64,000 bases of DNA from a bacterium. GTDB taxonomy: Bacteria > Patescibacteriota > Patescibacteriia > UBA2196. This document shows positions 20,024-29,329 of the stretch, piece by piece. The DNA lies in assembly GCA_035387885.1 (NCBI GenBank), contig DAOOOW010000002.1, forward strand, positions 7,869 through 71,868, given 5' to 3'. Numbering within the stretch: position 1 is the first letter of the stretch; every line of letters starts with the position of its first letter. The notes below the pieces were generated by a model. That model ran no database searches and had not been told where the DNA came from. It saw only the letters and a list, made by a program, of their open reading frames with translations. The position numbers and the translations under genes were made by a program.

Positions 20024-20099
20024 CCTGCTTTGTATGCAGTGGGGGTTAAAAAGACACCCAAGTGTCTTTTTAACGGTTCGAGTCCAGTAGGGTCCACCA
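20024..20099 (+). pseudogene. 3' fragment of tRNA-Ala carrying a 30-nt hairpin insertion
   Basis: CCTGCTTTG...GGTTCGAGTCCAGTAGGGTCCACCA matches upstream tRNA; hairpin 20045-20074. Confidence 0.85.
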
Positions 20100-20141
20100 T
20101 TTTTTTATATTATTTTAAACTATTTATATCTGCACATATCT

Positions 20142-20585
20142 ATGAGTTCAGAACATAAAGACACATATTTCGTCGCAGTAAAAGTTTTTTTTAAAAAAGA
20201 TGGCAAGCTTTTGATATTGAAAGACAATTTTGGAGATTGGGATTTGCCAGGTGGCAGGATTAAAAAAGATGAGTTTGAGGCTCCACTTGACCAGATTATC
20301 AAACGTAAAATGTCCGAAGAATTGGGTAACGACATTAAATATACTATTGGTAAACCAATCGTTTTTTTAAGACATGAAAGAGTTGAACAGAGTGAAGGAA
20401 ATCCAACCGTAAGGATATTTGCTGTTGGTTATGAAGGTGTTTTGGAGAATGGGACAATTCAGCTTTCGGAAAGGCATCCAGAAATGCTCTGGGTTGATCC
20501 AAATGATTTTGAGCCCGAAAAGTATTTTAAAGGAGGTTGGTTGAAAGGAGTCCGCGAATATTTGAGCATTCATAATAAAAATTAA
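20142..20585 (+). CDS. NUDIX hydrolase
   Basis: WDLPGGRI...RKMSEELG. Confidence 0.85.
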   Translation: MSSEHKDTYFVAVKVFFKKDGKLLILKDNFGDWDLPGGRIKKDEFEAPLDQIIKRKMSEELGNDIKYTIGKPIVFLRHERVEQSEGNPTVRIFAVGYEGVLENGTIQLSERHPEMLWVDPNDFEPEKYFKGGWLKGVREYLSIHNKN

Positions 20586-20717
20586 TTTTGATAATCTGGT
20601 GTCAAAACTGGCACAGACGCAGTTCGCCAATAAAAATTTCACCCTTAGGATGAAATTTTTATTTTGTAAAATTATTATATTTTTGCTAAACTAAAGCTAA
20701 TTATGTAAGATGATTTT

Positions 20718-22205
20718 ATGATTCAAACCAAAACTCTCACTCAAAATACCGCCTATTATACTGGCGCTTTAATTTTGCAAAAGATTTTGGCTTTTGTTTA
20801 TTTTACCTTTTTGGCTAGGGGACTTGGGGTAGAGGATTTGGGTAAATATAGTTTTGCTTTTTCTTTCACAACAATTTTTTCAGTATTCGTTGATGTGGGT
20901 TTAAATTCTGTTTTAACTCGTGAAATTGCTAAAGATAGAAATAAAACCAAGGAAATTTTGGTCAATGTGCTTGGAGTAAAATTGCTGTTAGGTTTTTTCA
21001 CCTATTTTTTAGTTGTGGCCGTAATTAATTTTATGGGCTATCCAGAATTGACCAAACAATTGGTTTATCTAACTGGTATGATTATGCTTCTGGATACTTT
21101 TTCAGCTACATTTTGGGGAGTGCTTCGCGGTCATCAAAATTTAAAATATGAAAGTCTGGGTATAATTTTTTTTCAAGTTTCGATTGTAGTCGTTGGTGCA
21201 ATTTTGTTATTAATGAATGTTGGTGTGGTAGCGCAAGTTTTAGCAGTCACGGCTGGCAGTTCTTTTTTATGTCTTTATTCTTTTATAGAAATGCGTCGTC
21301 GGTTGCATTTGAAATTGCAAGTTAGTTGGGATAAGAAATTAATTAAAGCTTTATTAAAAATATCTATCCCTTTTGCCTTAACCGGAATTTTAGCCAGGTT
21401 AAACACTCAAGTGGACACAATTTTTTTATCCAAAATTGGTTGTGTCTCCCAAAATATTTGTGATAATAATGTGGGTATCTATGCCGTAGCCACTAAAATT
21501 ACTTTAGCTATCCATTTTGTACCTTTAGCTTTTGTGGCGGCGCTTTTTCCAGCTTTGGCTGAATATTATGCTACTGATAAAAAAAGGTTGGCTGATGCTT
21601 TTGAAAAAGCCATGCGTTATTTGATGTTCATGGCTATGCCGATCGCTATAGGCATTGGAGTTTTAGCGCCAGATTTTATAGCCAAAATTTTTGGCGCAGA
21701 ATATGGATCAGCGGTTTTGCCTTTGCAAATTTTAATGATTTCTTTGCCGTTTTTGTTTTTGACTTTTCCCATTGGTTCACTTCTAAATGCCACTTCTCGT
21801 CAGATGAAAAATACCCGTCAAGTGGCTGTGGCTGTGTTAGTAAATTTTCTTTTAAATTTATATTTAATACCTAAAATTAATTATGTCGGCGGAGCTGTTT
21901 CTTCTTTAGTAAGCACTTTGGCAATGTTTTATTTGGGTCTTAGGGCGTGTAGACAAGTAATGGATTATGACAAAAAATTTTTATGGAAAAGTTTTTTGCA
22001 ATATCTTTTTTCTGCCACAATTATGGGCATAATTTTATGGCTGTTGCTTTTTAAAATTAATTTTATAATTTTAATTATTCTCGGTGTGATAATTTATTTT
22101 ATCTGCCTTTTTACTCTTGGCGCTTTTACCAAAAAAGATTTAGACGAAATGCTTTGGTCATTAAAAATTAAAAAAAATAATCCTCCTAATAATTCTGCCA
22201 TTTAA
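20718..22205 (+). CDS. Wzx-type polysaccharide flippase
   Basis: LARGLG..DLGKY, D.GL...LTREIA, VGIYA.A; many TM segments. Confidence 0.92.
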   Translation: MIQTKTLTQNTAYYTGALILQKILAFVYFTFLARGLGVEDLGKYSFAFSFTTIFSVFVDVGLNSVLTREIAKDRNKTKEILVNVLGVKLLLGFFTYFLVVAVINFMGYPELTKQLVYLTGMIMLLDTFSATFWGVLRGHQNLKYESLGIIFFQVSIVVVGAILLLMNVGVVAQVLAVTAGSSFLCLYSFIEMRRRLHLKLQVSWDKKLIKALLKISIPFALTGILARLNTQVDTIFLSKIGCVSQNICDNNVGIYAVATKITLAIHFVPLAFVAALFPALAEYYATDKKRLADAFEKAMRYLMFMAMPIAIGIGVLAPDFIAKIFGAEYGSAVLPLQILMISLPFLFLTFPIGSLLNATSRQMKNTRQVAVAVLVNFLLNLYLIPKINYVGGAVSSLVSTLAMFYLGLRACRQVMDYDKKFLWKSFLQYLFSATIMGIILWLLLFKINFIILIILGVIIYFICLFTLGAFTKKDLDEMLWSLKIKKNNPPNNSAI

Positions 22206-22213
22206 TAAATATT

Positions 22214-23398
22214 ATGTCTGCTAAAGAAAAAACCCTCTTAGTCACTCTTGATTTTCCCCCTCTGTTTGGTGGCGTGGCTAATTATTATTTTGAACGAGTT
22301 AAGATATTGTCTAAAGAGGAGATATTTGTTTTAATGAATCAAATTACGGATTACAAATTACAGATTACAAATTACGATTTTAAAATTTATTATAAATCCT
22401 TTTTTACCAAATTGCTTTGGCCTCATTGGCTTCCCCTAATTTGGCATATTTATAGAATTGTTAAAAAAGAAAAAATAAATAAAATTTGGGTGGGGCAAGT
22501 TTTACCAGTAGGCACGGCGGTTTGGGGGATATCTCGTCTTTTGTCATTCCAGCGATCCGCCAGCTGGCGGATGAAATCCAGTAATTTTTTTAGTCGAAGA
22601 GATCCTTCGACTTCAGCCTCGCATTGCTCGGCTTCCGTTCAGGATGACAAAATACGTCCTTTGGCGTATTTTGTCACTTGTCATGGCAATGATTTGCTGC
22701 GCGCTAAAAATCAGCCACGAAAATTTAAAATTGCTAAACTTATTTTTCGTGACGCTGAATTTGTTGAAGCTAATACTGAATTTACTAAAAATATTTTAAT
22801 TAATGATTTCCAAATTCCAGCAGAAAAAATTAAAATTGTTTATCCGGTTAATACTTTAAAAAAGGAAATGGTTGACGAAAAAAAAGTTAGTGAGTTGCGT
22901 GAAAAGTATAATCTAATTGGCAAAAAAGTTTTATTAACTGTTGGCCGATTAGTGAAATCCAAAGGCATTGATCAAGTTATTTGTGCCTTGCCAAAAGTTT
23001 TGGAAAAAATACCAGATTTAGTATATTTAATTGTTGGTGATGGACCTGATAAAGAAAGATTAACACAGATTGTTGGCGAATTTGCAGGGACAGGTTACGA
23101 CCTGTCCCTGCCAACCCAAAATAATAAAATAATTTTTATTGGCAGTGTGCTAAACGAAGAATTACCAAATTATTATGCTCTGGCCAATGCTTTTATTTTA
23201 ACTCCGCGAAAGAATTATTTTGGAGATACAGAAAGTTTTGGGATAGTTTATTTAGAAGCCAAAGAATTTGATTTGCCTATTGTTGCTGGCAATGTTGGTG
23301 GAGCTAAAGAAATTGCCAAAGCTTACAATCAAATGCATTTGATTGATTCTGAAAATATAGAAGAAGTGGTAGAAAAAATAATTGCCATAATAAAATAA
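22214..23398 (+). CDS. GT4 glycosyltransferase with three repeat-derived insertions
   Basis: DFPP..GG, VGRLV..KG, ESFGIVYLEA. Confidence 0.93.
   Translation: MSAKEKTLLVTLDFPPLFGGVANYYFERVKILSKEEIFVLMNQITDYKLQITNYDFKIYYKSFFTKLLWPHWLPLIWHIYRIVKKEKINKIWVGQVLPVGTAVWGISRLLSFQRSASWRMKSSNFFSRRDPSTSASHCSASVQDDKIRPLAYFVTCHGNDLLRAKNQPRKFKIAKLIFRDAEFVEANTEFTKNILINDFQIPAEKIKIVYPVNTLKKEMVDEKKVSELREKYNLIGKKVLLTVGRLVKSKGIDQVICALPKVLEKIPDLVYLIVGDGPDKERLTQIVGEFAGTGYDLSLPTQNNKIIFIGSVLNEELPNYYALANAFILTPRKNYFGDTESFGIVYLEAKEFDLPIVAGNVGGAKEIAKAYNQMHLIDSENIEEVVEKIIAIIK
22541..22650. repeat. complete family A element in-frame, with nested ATCCGCCAGCTGGCGGAT
   Basis: TTGTCATTCC...CAGGATGACAA termini. Confidence 0.85.
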
Positions 23399-23460
23399 AA
23401 ATAAAAAAACGGTGGTTTTTTGACCACCGAGATGATGTTTAAATCTCGAATTTATAATAA

Positions 23461-23802
23461 TTAATTCTCCTTTATATACAGTTCCCATTTATACGCCAAT
23501 AAAAACTTGCATAGGCCACTTATTAATGTTATTAATAAACAAACATTAATATACTGATTAATTGTAGCCATTGTTTTGATTCCTATTACAAAAACAGAAA
23601 TTGTGGGGATCAACATGCTCAGAACAACAAAAAATGGAAGGAGTCTTAAATTAGAGATTACCATTACCATCTTTTTTGATAGTTTTATATTTTCCTTGTG
23701 TATTTTGATTAATTTAGCCAAAAATGCCAAAATAGCACCAATACTCACGCCAACTAGACTATACATTCCAAGATTAAACCAAACAATCATTGTCTCATTC
23801 AT
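23461..23802 (-). CDS. hypothetical membrane protein
   Basis: Three hydrophobic segments, GGAG SD. Confidence 0.6.
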   Translation of the reverse strand: MNETMIVWFNLGMYSLVGVSIGAILAFLAKLIKIHKENIKLSKKMVMVISNLRLLPFFVVLSMLIPTISVFVIGIKTMATINQYINVCLLITLISGLCKFLLAYKWELYIKEN

Positions 23803-23844
23803 AATTTATTGTCTCCAGTTTATAAATTTTAAAAAATAATTTTT

Positions 23845-24585
23845 ATGTTGCTCTCAATTATAATTCCAACCTACAACAATCAAAAAAATCTGTCAAGATG
23901 TCTTTTGAGTTTAAAAGAACAAACCGTTTTTGAATTATATAAAAAAGAAGTAGAAGTAATAATAATTAACGATGGTGGTGAATCTTTTGAAATGCACGGG
24001 GTTCTTCCTCTCTCGCATCCGCGGGATCGTCATAATGACATCCTTTATAAAATATTTACCATAAAACATTCTGGTGCGTCAGCGGCTAGAAATTTTGGTT
24101 TTACAAAATTAACCGGCCAATATGTTTTTTTCTGTGATAGTGATGTAATTTTTTTAAAAAATAATGCTCTAGAAAAAATGATAAAAATTTTAGAGCAAAA
24201 TCTAAACAAAGCTTACTGTTACTCATCGTTTAAATTTGGTTGGAAAATATTTAAATTATTTTCTTTTGATCAAGAAAAATTAAAACAAAATAATTATATT
24301 TCCACCATGTCAATAATCCGCCGGAGTGCTTTGGAAAAATTATCATTTCCTAACATTCCTTTTGATGAATCTTTAAAAAAATTTCAAGATTGGGATTTGT
24401 GGTTGGCGCTTTTAAAACTAGGGGAGACTGGAATTTTTTTAGACGAAATTTTGTGGCAAGCCAAGTCAGGGGGCACTATGAGCAAGTGGATTCCTAAAAT
24501 TTTTTATAAAATATTTAAAAATAGTCATAAAGTTCAAGCTTATCAAAAAGCCAAAGAAATTATTATAAAAAAGTACAATTTGTAG
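23845..24585 (+). CDS. GT2 glycosyltransferase
   Basis: SIIIPTYN, IIINDG, ARNFG, DSD, QDWDLW. Confidence 0.93.
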   Translation: MLLSIIIPTYNNQKNLSRCLLSLKEQTVFELYKKEVEVIIINDGGESFEMHGVLPLSHPRDRHNDILYKIFTIKHSGASAARNFGFTKLTGQYVFFCDSDVIFLKNNALEKMIKILEQNLNKAYCYSSFKFGWKIFKLFSFDQEKLKQNNYISTMSIIRRSALEKLSFPNIPFDESLKKFQDWDLWLALLKLGETGIFLDEILWQAKSGGTMSKWIPKIFYKIFKNSHKVQAYQKAKEIIIKKYNL

Positions 24586-24651
24586 ATTGCAATAGATTGA
24601 TTGATTTTTAATGTTAATGTGTTAATATGCTAAAATGTTAATATGCTTTAC

Positions 24652-24723
24652 GGCCCGTTCGTCTAGTGGCTAGGACGCCAGGTTCTCATCCTGGTAACAG
24701 GAGTTCGATTCTCCTACGGGCTA
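24652..24723 (+). tRNA. tRNA-Glu(CTC)
   Basis: CCAGG-TTCTCAT-CCTGG, GTTCGATT. Confidence 0.93.
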
Positions 24724-24811
24724 TAAAAACATCTTTATCAGCAAGGTGTTTTTTGTTTGATATTTTAATTCGGGCCTTTTCTTTTTGCTAAAAAAAAGCT
24801 AAGATAGATTT

Positions 24812-25972
24812 ATGAAAATCCTCTATGCAGGTGGTGGCACCATGGGCTCGGTTAGTCCCTTAATTGCTATCCATCAGAAATTAGTGTCAAAGTATCCAGT
24901 GCCAGAGTATCAATGTTTTTGGTTAGGAACACATAATGGACCTGAAAAAGAAGTGGTTGAAAAGGTTGGTATAAAATTTGAAGTTATTGAAAGCGGCAAA
25001 TTCCGCCGTTATTTTGATTTAAAAAATTTGTTAGATTTTTTTAGAATTATTATTGGTTTTTTTCAAGCTCTTTATTGGTGTTTTAAATTTAAACCAGATA
25101 TAATTTTAACTGCTGGTTCATTTATCTCGGTACCAGTAGCCTATGCGGCTTTTTTCTATGGCGCTTCAGTTTTTGTGCATCAACAAGATATTGAAGTTGG
25201 CTTGGCCAATAAATTAATGGCCCCCGTTGCGAAAAAAATAACTGTAGCTCTAGAAAAATCCCTGCAAGATTTTGATTCCAAAAAAGTTGTTTTGGTCGGC
25301 AATCCTGTGCGTTTAAGTTGTTCTGTTCGCTCCAGTCTCCCTGCCTCGTCGGTAGGCGGGCCGACTGGAATGGAATTGTACATTAATGAGCACAAAGTCT
25401 CCAGCCAGGAGACTGGAGCGAACAATAGTATTAACGATTTTAAGTTTCAAAATAATTTACCAACTGTTTTAATTCTTGGCGGTGGCACAGGTGCCATGAC
25501 TATTAATGAATTAGTTTGGCAGTCGTTGCCAGAATTAATAAAATTTTGCAATATTATTCATATTACCGGTAAAGAAAAAAATTTGAATAATGAATCTGGA
25601 ATTATAAATTATGAAAAAAAATATAAAAATTTTGAATTTTTAGATGAACAAAAAATTTATTCAGCTATGCAGGTAGCCGAAGTGGTGGTTACGCGCGCTG
25701 GTATGTCAGCCTTAACTGAGTTGGCCTATTTTAAAAAACCAACCGTCATTATTCCCATTGCTGATTCGCATCAAGAAAAAAATGCTAAATATTTTGCTAA
25801 CCATGAAGCTGCTATTAATTTATCTCAAAAAAATTTAACTAAGGAAAATTTTGTCGCTCAGATAAAAAATTTATTAAATGATAAAAATAGACAACAAGAA
25901 ATGGGGGAGAATATGCAGCAGATTTTTATTGATTATTCCGGCGAAAAATATTTAGAGGAAATTTTAAAATAA
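24812..25972 (+). CDS. murG: lipid II GlcNAc transferase MurG
   Basis: GGGTMG, GKFRRY, GLAN, GNPVR, GGGTGA, RAG, HQEKNA. Confidence 0.93.
   Translation: MKILYAGGGTMGSVSPLIAIHQKLVSKYPVPEYQCFWLGTHNGPEKEVVEKVGIKFEVIESGKFRRYFDLKNLLDFFRIIIGFFQALYWCFKFKPDIILTAGSFISVPVAYAAFFYGASVFVHQQDIEVGLANKLMAPVAKKITVALEKSLQDFDSKKVVLVGNPVRLSCSVRSSLPASSVGGPTGMELYINEHKVSSQETGANNSINDFKFQNNLPTVLILGGGTGAMTINELVWQSLPELIKFCNIIHITGKEKNLNNESGIINYEKKYKNFEFLDEQKIYSAMQVAEVVVTRAGMSALTELAYFKKPTVIIPIADSHQEKNAKYFANHEAAINLSQKNLTKENFVAQIKNLLNDKNRQQEMGENMQQIFIDYSGEKYLEEILK
25324..25424. repeat. family F element in-frame in murG with nested CCTGCC element
   Basis: 17-bp perfect TIR TGTTCGCTCCAGTCTCC/GGAGACTGGAGCGAACA. Confidence 0.9.
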
Positions 25973-25976
25973 TTTT

Positions 25977-27407
25977 ATGTCAGAACAAGAATTACTCAAA
26001 AATTTATTTCAGAAATATTTTGGAATTGCAGCTGTGGAAATTAAAGCTCTAAAAGGCGATGGCTCAGATCGCACGGTTTATAGATTGAAAAATGGCCGAC
26101 AAACTGCCATTGGAGTTTATGGTAAAAATCGTAAAGAAAATGAGGCCTTTATTTCTTTTTCTAAAACGCTCTCGGAACAAAAAATAAAAGTTCCAGAAAT
26201 TTATCTTATAGATCTAGATCATAATATTTATTTAGAAGAAGATTTGGGCGATGAGCTGTTGTTTACTTGGCTAGAAAGAATGGGAATGGAAAAAAAAAGT
26301 TTTAACCCATTAATAGTGGGTAAGTATAAAAAAGTATTAAAAGTTTTACCAATTATCCAAATTGTGGCTGGTAAAAATATAAATTACGGCTTGTGTTATC
26401 AGCACATTGAATTTGCTCATGAATCCATGTTGTGGGATATGCATTATTTTAAGTGGAATTTTTTAAATTTATTTTATAAAGACGTGATTGATAATGAATT
26501 ATTAGAAAAAGATTTTAACGCTTTAGCCGATTTTTTATTGCAAGAAAGAAAAGATTTTTTTGTCTATCGAGATTTTCAGTCCAGAAATATCATGTTGAAA
26601 AATGACGAACCATATTTTATAGATTATCAATCTGGTAGGCGCGGGGCCTTGCAATATGATTTAGTCTCTTTACTTTATGATGCTAAGGCCAAAATTCCAG
26701 AGAGTGTCAGAGAAGAATTGTTGGATTTTTATTTAGAAGAAGTTAATAAAATTATAGCAGTAGACAAAGAGAGGTTTAAAAAATATTTTTATGGTTTTGT
26801 TTTAATTAGAATTATGCAGGCCTTGGGAGCTTATGGTTTTTTGGGTGTGGTTAAAAATAAACCGCAATTTTTAAGTAGTATTCCTTTGGCCTTAGAAAAT
26901 TTAGCCGGCTTAAAAGAAAAATTTTCTTTTTTGGAACAAATGCCGATTTTAAAAAAAATTATTGAAAAAATTTCTCAGGCAAACAATTGGTCAGAAATAG
27001 CCCCTGCTAAAAAAGAATTAGTGGTTAGAATTTATAGTTTTGGTTTTGCATATGATAAGCGGCCCCTTGATAACAGTGGCAATAATGGCGGTTTTATTTT
27101 TGATTGTCGCGGTTTGGCTAATCCTTTTTGGGAAGAAAAATTAAAATCCTTAAGTGGTTTGGATGAGGAAGTTAAAAAATATTTAGATGCCAAAGATAGA
27201 GTCCAAAATTTTTTGTGGCATAGTTATGAATTGATAGATTTAACAATAGATAGTTATCAAACTAAAGGTTACATGGATTTAATGGTTTCTTATGGTTGTA
27301 CTGGCGGGCAGCATCGTTCTGTTTATTGCGCTGAAAAATTAGCAGAGCATTTGAAAAATAGAGGTATTAAAACAGTGGTAGAACATTTAGTTTTAGCAAA
27401 AATATGA
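25977..27407 (+). CDS. APH-fold phosphotransferase (AmgK-like) fused to RapZ C-terminal domain
   Basis: GSDR, EEDLGD, YRDFQSRN, IDYQ, YDLVSLL; C-terminal SFGF...FDCR.L.NP...GCTGGQHRSV. Confidence 0.88.
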   Translation: MSEQELLKNLFQKYFGIAAVEIKALKGDGSDRTVYRLKNGRQTAIGVYGKNRKENEAFISFSKTLSEQKIKVPEIYLIDLDHNIYLEEDLGDELLFTWLERMGMEKKSFNPLIVGKYKKVLKVLPIIQIVAGKNINYGLCYQHIEFAHESMLWDMHYFKWNFLNLFYKDVIDNELLEKDFNALADFLLQERKDFFVYRDFQSRNIMLKNDEPYFIDYQSGRRGALQYDLVSLLYDAKAKIPESVREELLDFYLEEVNKIIAVDKERFKKYFYGFVLIRIMQALGAYGFLGVVKNKPQFLSSIPLALENLAGLKEKFSFLEQMPILKKIIEKISQANNWSEIAPAKKELVVRIYSFGFAYDKRPLDNSGNNGGFIFDCRGLANPFWEEKLKSLSGLDEEVKKYLDAKDRVQNFLWHSYELIDLTIDSYQTKGYMDLMVSYGCTGGQHRSVYCAEKLAEHLKNRGIKTVVEHLVLAKI

Positions 27408-28141
27408 AGGCTTTAATTTTGGCTGCAGGATTGGGAACTCGTTTGCGGCCTTTGACTGAAAAAAATCCCAAAGCCTTGATCAAAGTTGGTAGTTTAACAC
27501 TTCTGGAAAGAGCTGTTTTTTATTTACAAAAAAATGGTATTGAAGATATGGCGATTAATGTGCATTATTTAGCGCCACAAATTGTTGGTTTTATAGCTAA
27601 AAATCCGCAGTTAAACATCAAGTTTATTTTTGAAGAAAAAGAAATTTTGGAGACTGGGGGAGCTATAAAAAACGCGGAAAGTTTTTTAAAAGATTCTGAA
27701 CCGTTTGTAGTTTTTAATGTGGATGTTTTAACTAATGCCAATTTAAATTTAGCTCTGGCATTTCATAAAAAAAATCAGGCTTTGGCGACTCTTTTGGTTA
27801 ATAACAGAAACACAGCAAGACCATTTTTGGTTGATGCCAGTGGAAATTTAGCTGGCCATTTTGATAAAAAAAATAATTTAAAGAGAATAGTTTTAAAAAA
27901 ATATCAGACACCCTTAAGAGAAGTTGGTTTTATGGGCATACATATCATTTCTCCAAAAATTTTTGAGTTAATGCCAGAAGATAATTGTTTTAGTGTTGTG
28001 GACTTGTATTTGGGTCTGCTAGCCAAGGGATATTTAATAAATGTTTTTGAATTTAATAAAGCTTATTGGCAAGATGTGGGCACAGTTGAACGTTGGCAAC
28101 AAGCAGAGAATGATTTAAAAAATGGACTAATTTTAAATTAA
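27404..28141 (+). CDS. nucleotidyltransferase (MurU-like)
   Basis: ILAAGLGTRLRPLT...PKAL, LETGG; overlaps kinase stop. Confidence 0.88.
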   Translation: MKALILAAGLGTRLRPLTEKNPKALIKVGSLTLLERAVFYLQKNGIEDMAINVHYLAPQIVGFIAKNPQLNIKFIFEEKEILETGGAIKNAESFLKDSEPFVVFNVDVLTNANLNLALAFHKKNQALATLLVNNRNTARPFLVDASGNLAGHFDKKNNLKRIVLKKYQTPLREVGFMGIHIISPKIFELMPEDNCFSVVDLYLGLLAKGYLINVFEFNKAYWQDVGTVERWQQAENDLKNGLILN

Positions 28142-28191
28142 AAATAATTTTTGATAAAAAAATAGCCCCTATGTTTAGGGGCTTGTTTAAA

Positions 28192-29178
28192 TCATGAAAT
28201 TATTGTGAACTTTTCTGGGAACAAATCAGAAATAGATTCATCTTCATGAGTTCTTTTAATAGCTTCTGCTAATAGCGACCCAACAGAAACAATTTCTACT
28301 TTATCTTTCATGTTTGGCGGAATATTGATAGGCAGAGTGTCGCAGAACCATATTTTTTGGACAGCTGGATGATCTATGTTATCCCAAGCTTGTCCTGACA
28401 ATACCCCGTGAGTTACCGCCAGATAAACAATGTCTGCTCCTTCTTCGACTATTTTGTTAATATTGCCTCGAAGTGTGCCACCAGTATCAATCAGGTCGTC
28501 AACAATAAGCGCATTTCTTTCTCTAACATTACCCATGATGTCTTTAGTGGTACACTGATTGTGCCCTGTTCTTTCTTTGTTGACTATAGCCAAAGGAACA
28601 CATAGCCTATTGGCGTAAGATTTTCCCAATTTTGAGGCTCCGACGTCTGGTGCAACAATTGTTAAATCGGTAATATTTGCCTGTTTAATATGGTCAAGCA
28701 AAAGACCGCTGGTATATAAATGATCAACTGGTATGTCAAAAAAACCTTGAATTTGCGGTGCATGAAATTCAATTGTCAGAACTCTATTTGCTCCAGCTTG
28801 GGTAATTAGGTTGGCTATTAATTTGGCCGTAATCGGCACACGTGGTTGATCTTTTCTGTCTTGTCTGGCATAGCCATAATAAGGAATAACCGCTGTAATT
28901 CTTTTTGCCGAAGCCCTTTTTGCAGCATCTATCATAATGAGAAGCTCTAACAGATTATCAGCTGATGCACCTGTCGATTGAACTAAAAAAACATCACAAC
29001 CGCGGATATTTTCTTCGTATTTTACCCATATTTCTCCATCTGAAAAATTTTTTACTGTTATCGTTCCTAATGCGAATTTTTTTTCCATAAGACGAGAAAG
29101 TTCCTGACAAATTTTTTCAGTCAAGGATAGATTAGCACGTCCGGAAAAAATTTTTAAATCTCCGTAATTAGATGACAT
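28192..29178 (-). CDS. prs: ribose-phosphate pyrophosphokinase
   Basis: FSDGE, PYYGYARQDRK, VDDLIDTGGT. Confidence 0.97.
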   Translation of the reverse strand: MSSNYGDLKIFSGRANLSLTEKICQELSRLMEKKFALGTITVKNFSDGEIWVKYEENIRGCDVFLVQSTGASADNLLELLIMIDAAKRASAKRITAVIPYYGYARQDRKDQPRVPITAKLIANLITQAGANRVLTIEFHAPQIQGFFDIPVDHLYTSGLLLDHIKQANITDLTIVAPDVGASKLGKSYANRLCVPLAIVNKERTGHNQCTTKDIMGNVRERNALIVDDLIDTGGTLRGNINKIVEEGADIVYLAVTHGVLSGQAWDNIDHPAVQKIWFCDTLPINIPPNMKDKVEIVSVGSLLAEAIKRTHEDESISDLFPEKFTIIS

Positions 29179-29329
29179 TTTACCTCCAATATTTTTATTG
29201 TAAAAATTTTTTTTGACACCTTTACTTTAATTTAGCAATTAAAAAACATTTTGGCAAGAGTTCAAAAAAATGTTATAATTATCAACAAGATAATCAACAG
29301 ATAACTAAAATAAAAATAAATTTAATTTT

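Noticed and set aside
19983-24585. Integrated element or prophage at tRNA-Ala
   Set aside because: The 3' duplicate is only about 40 nt from the tRNA, and no integrase or phage genes are present
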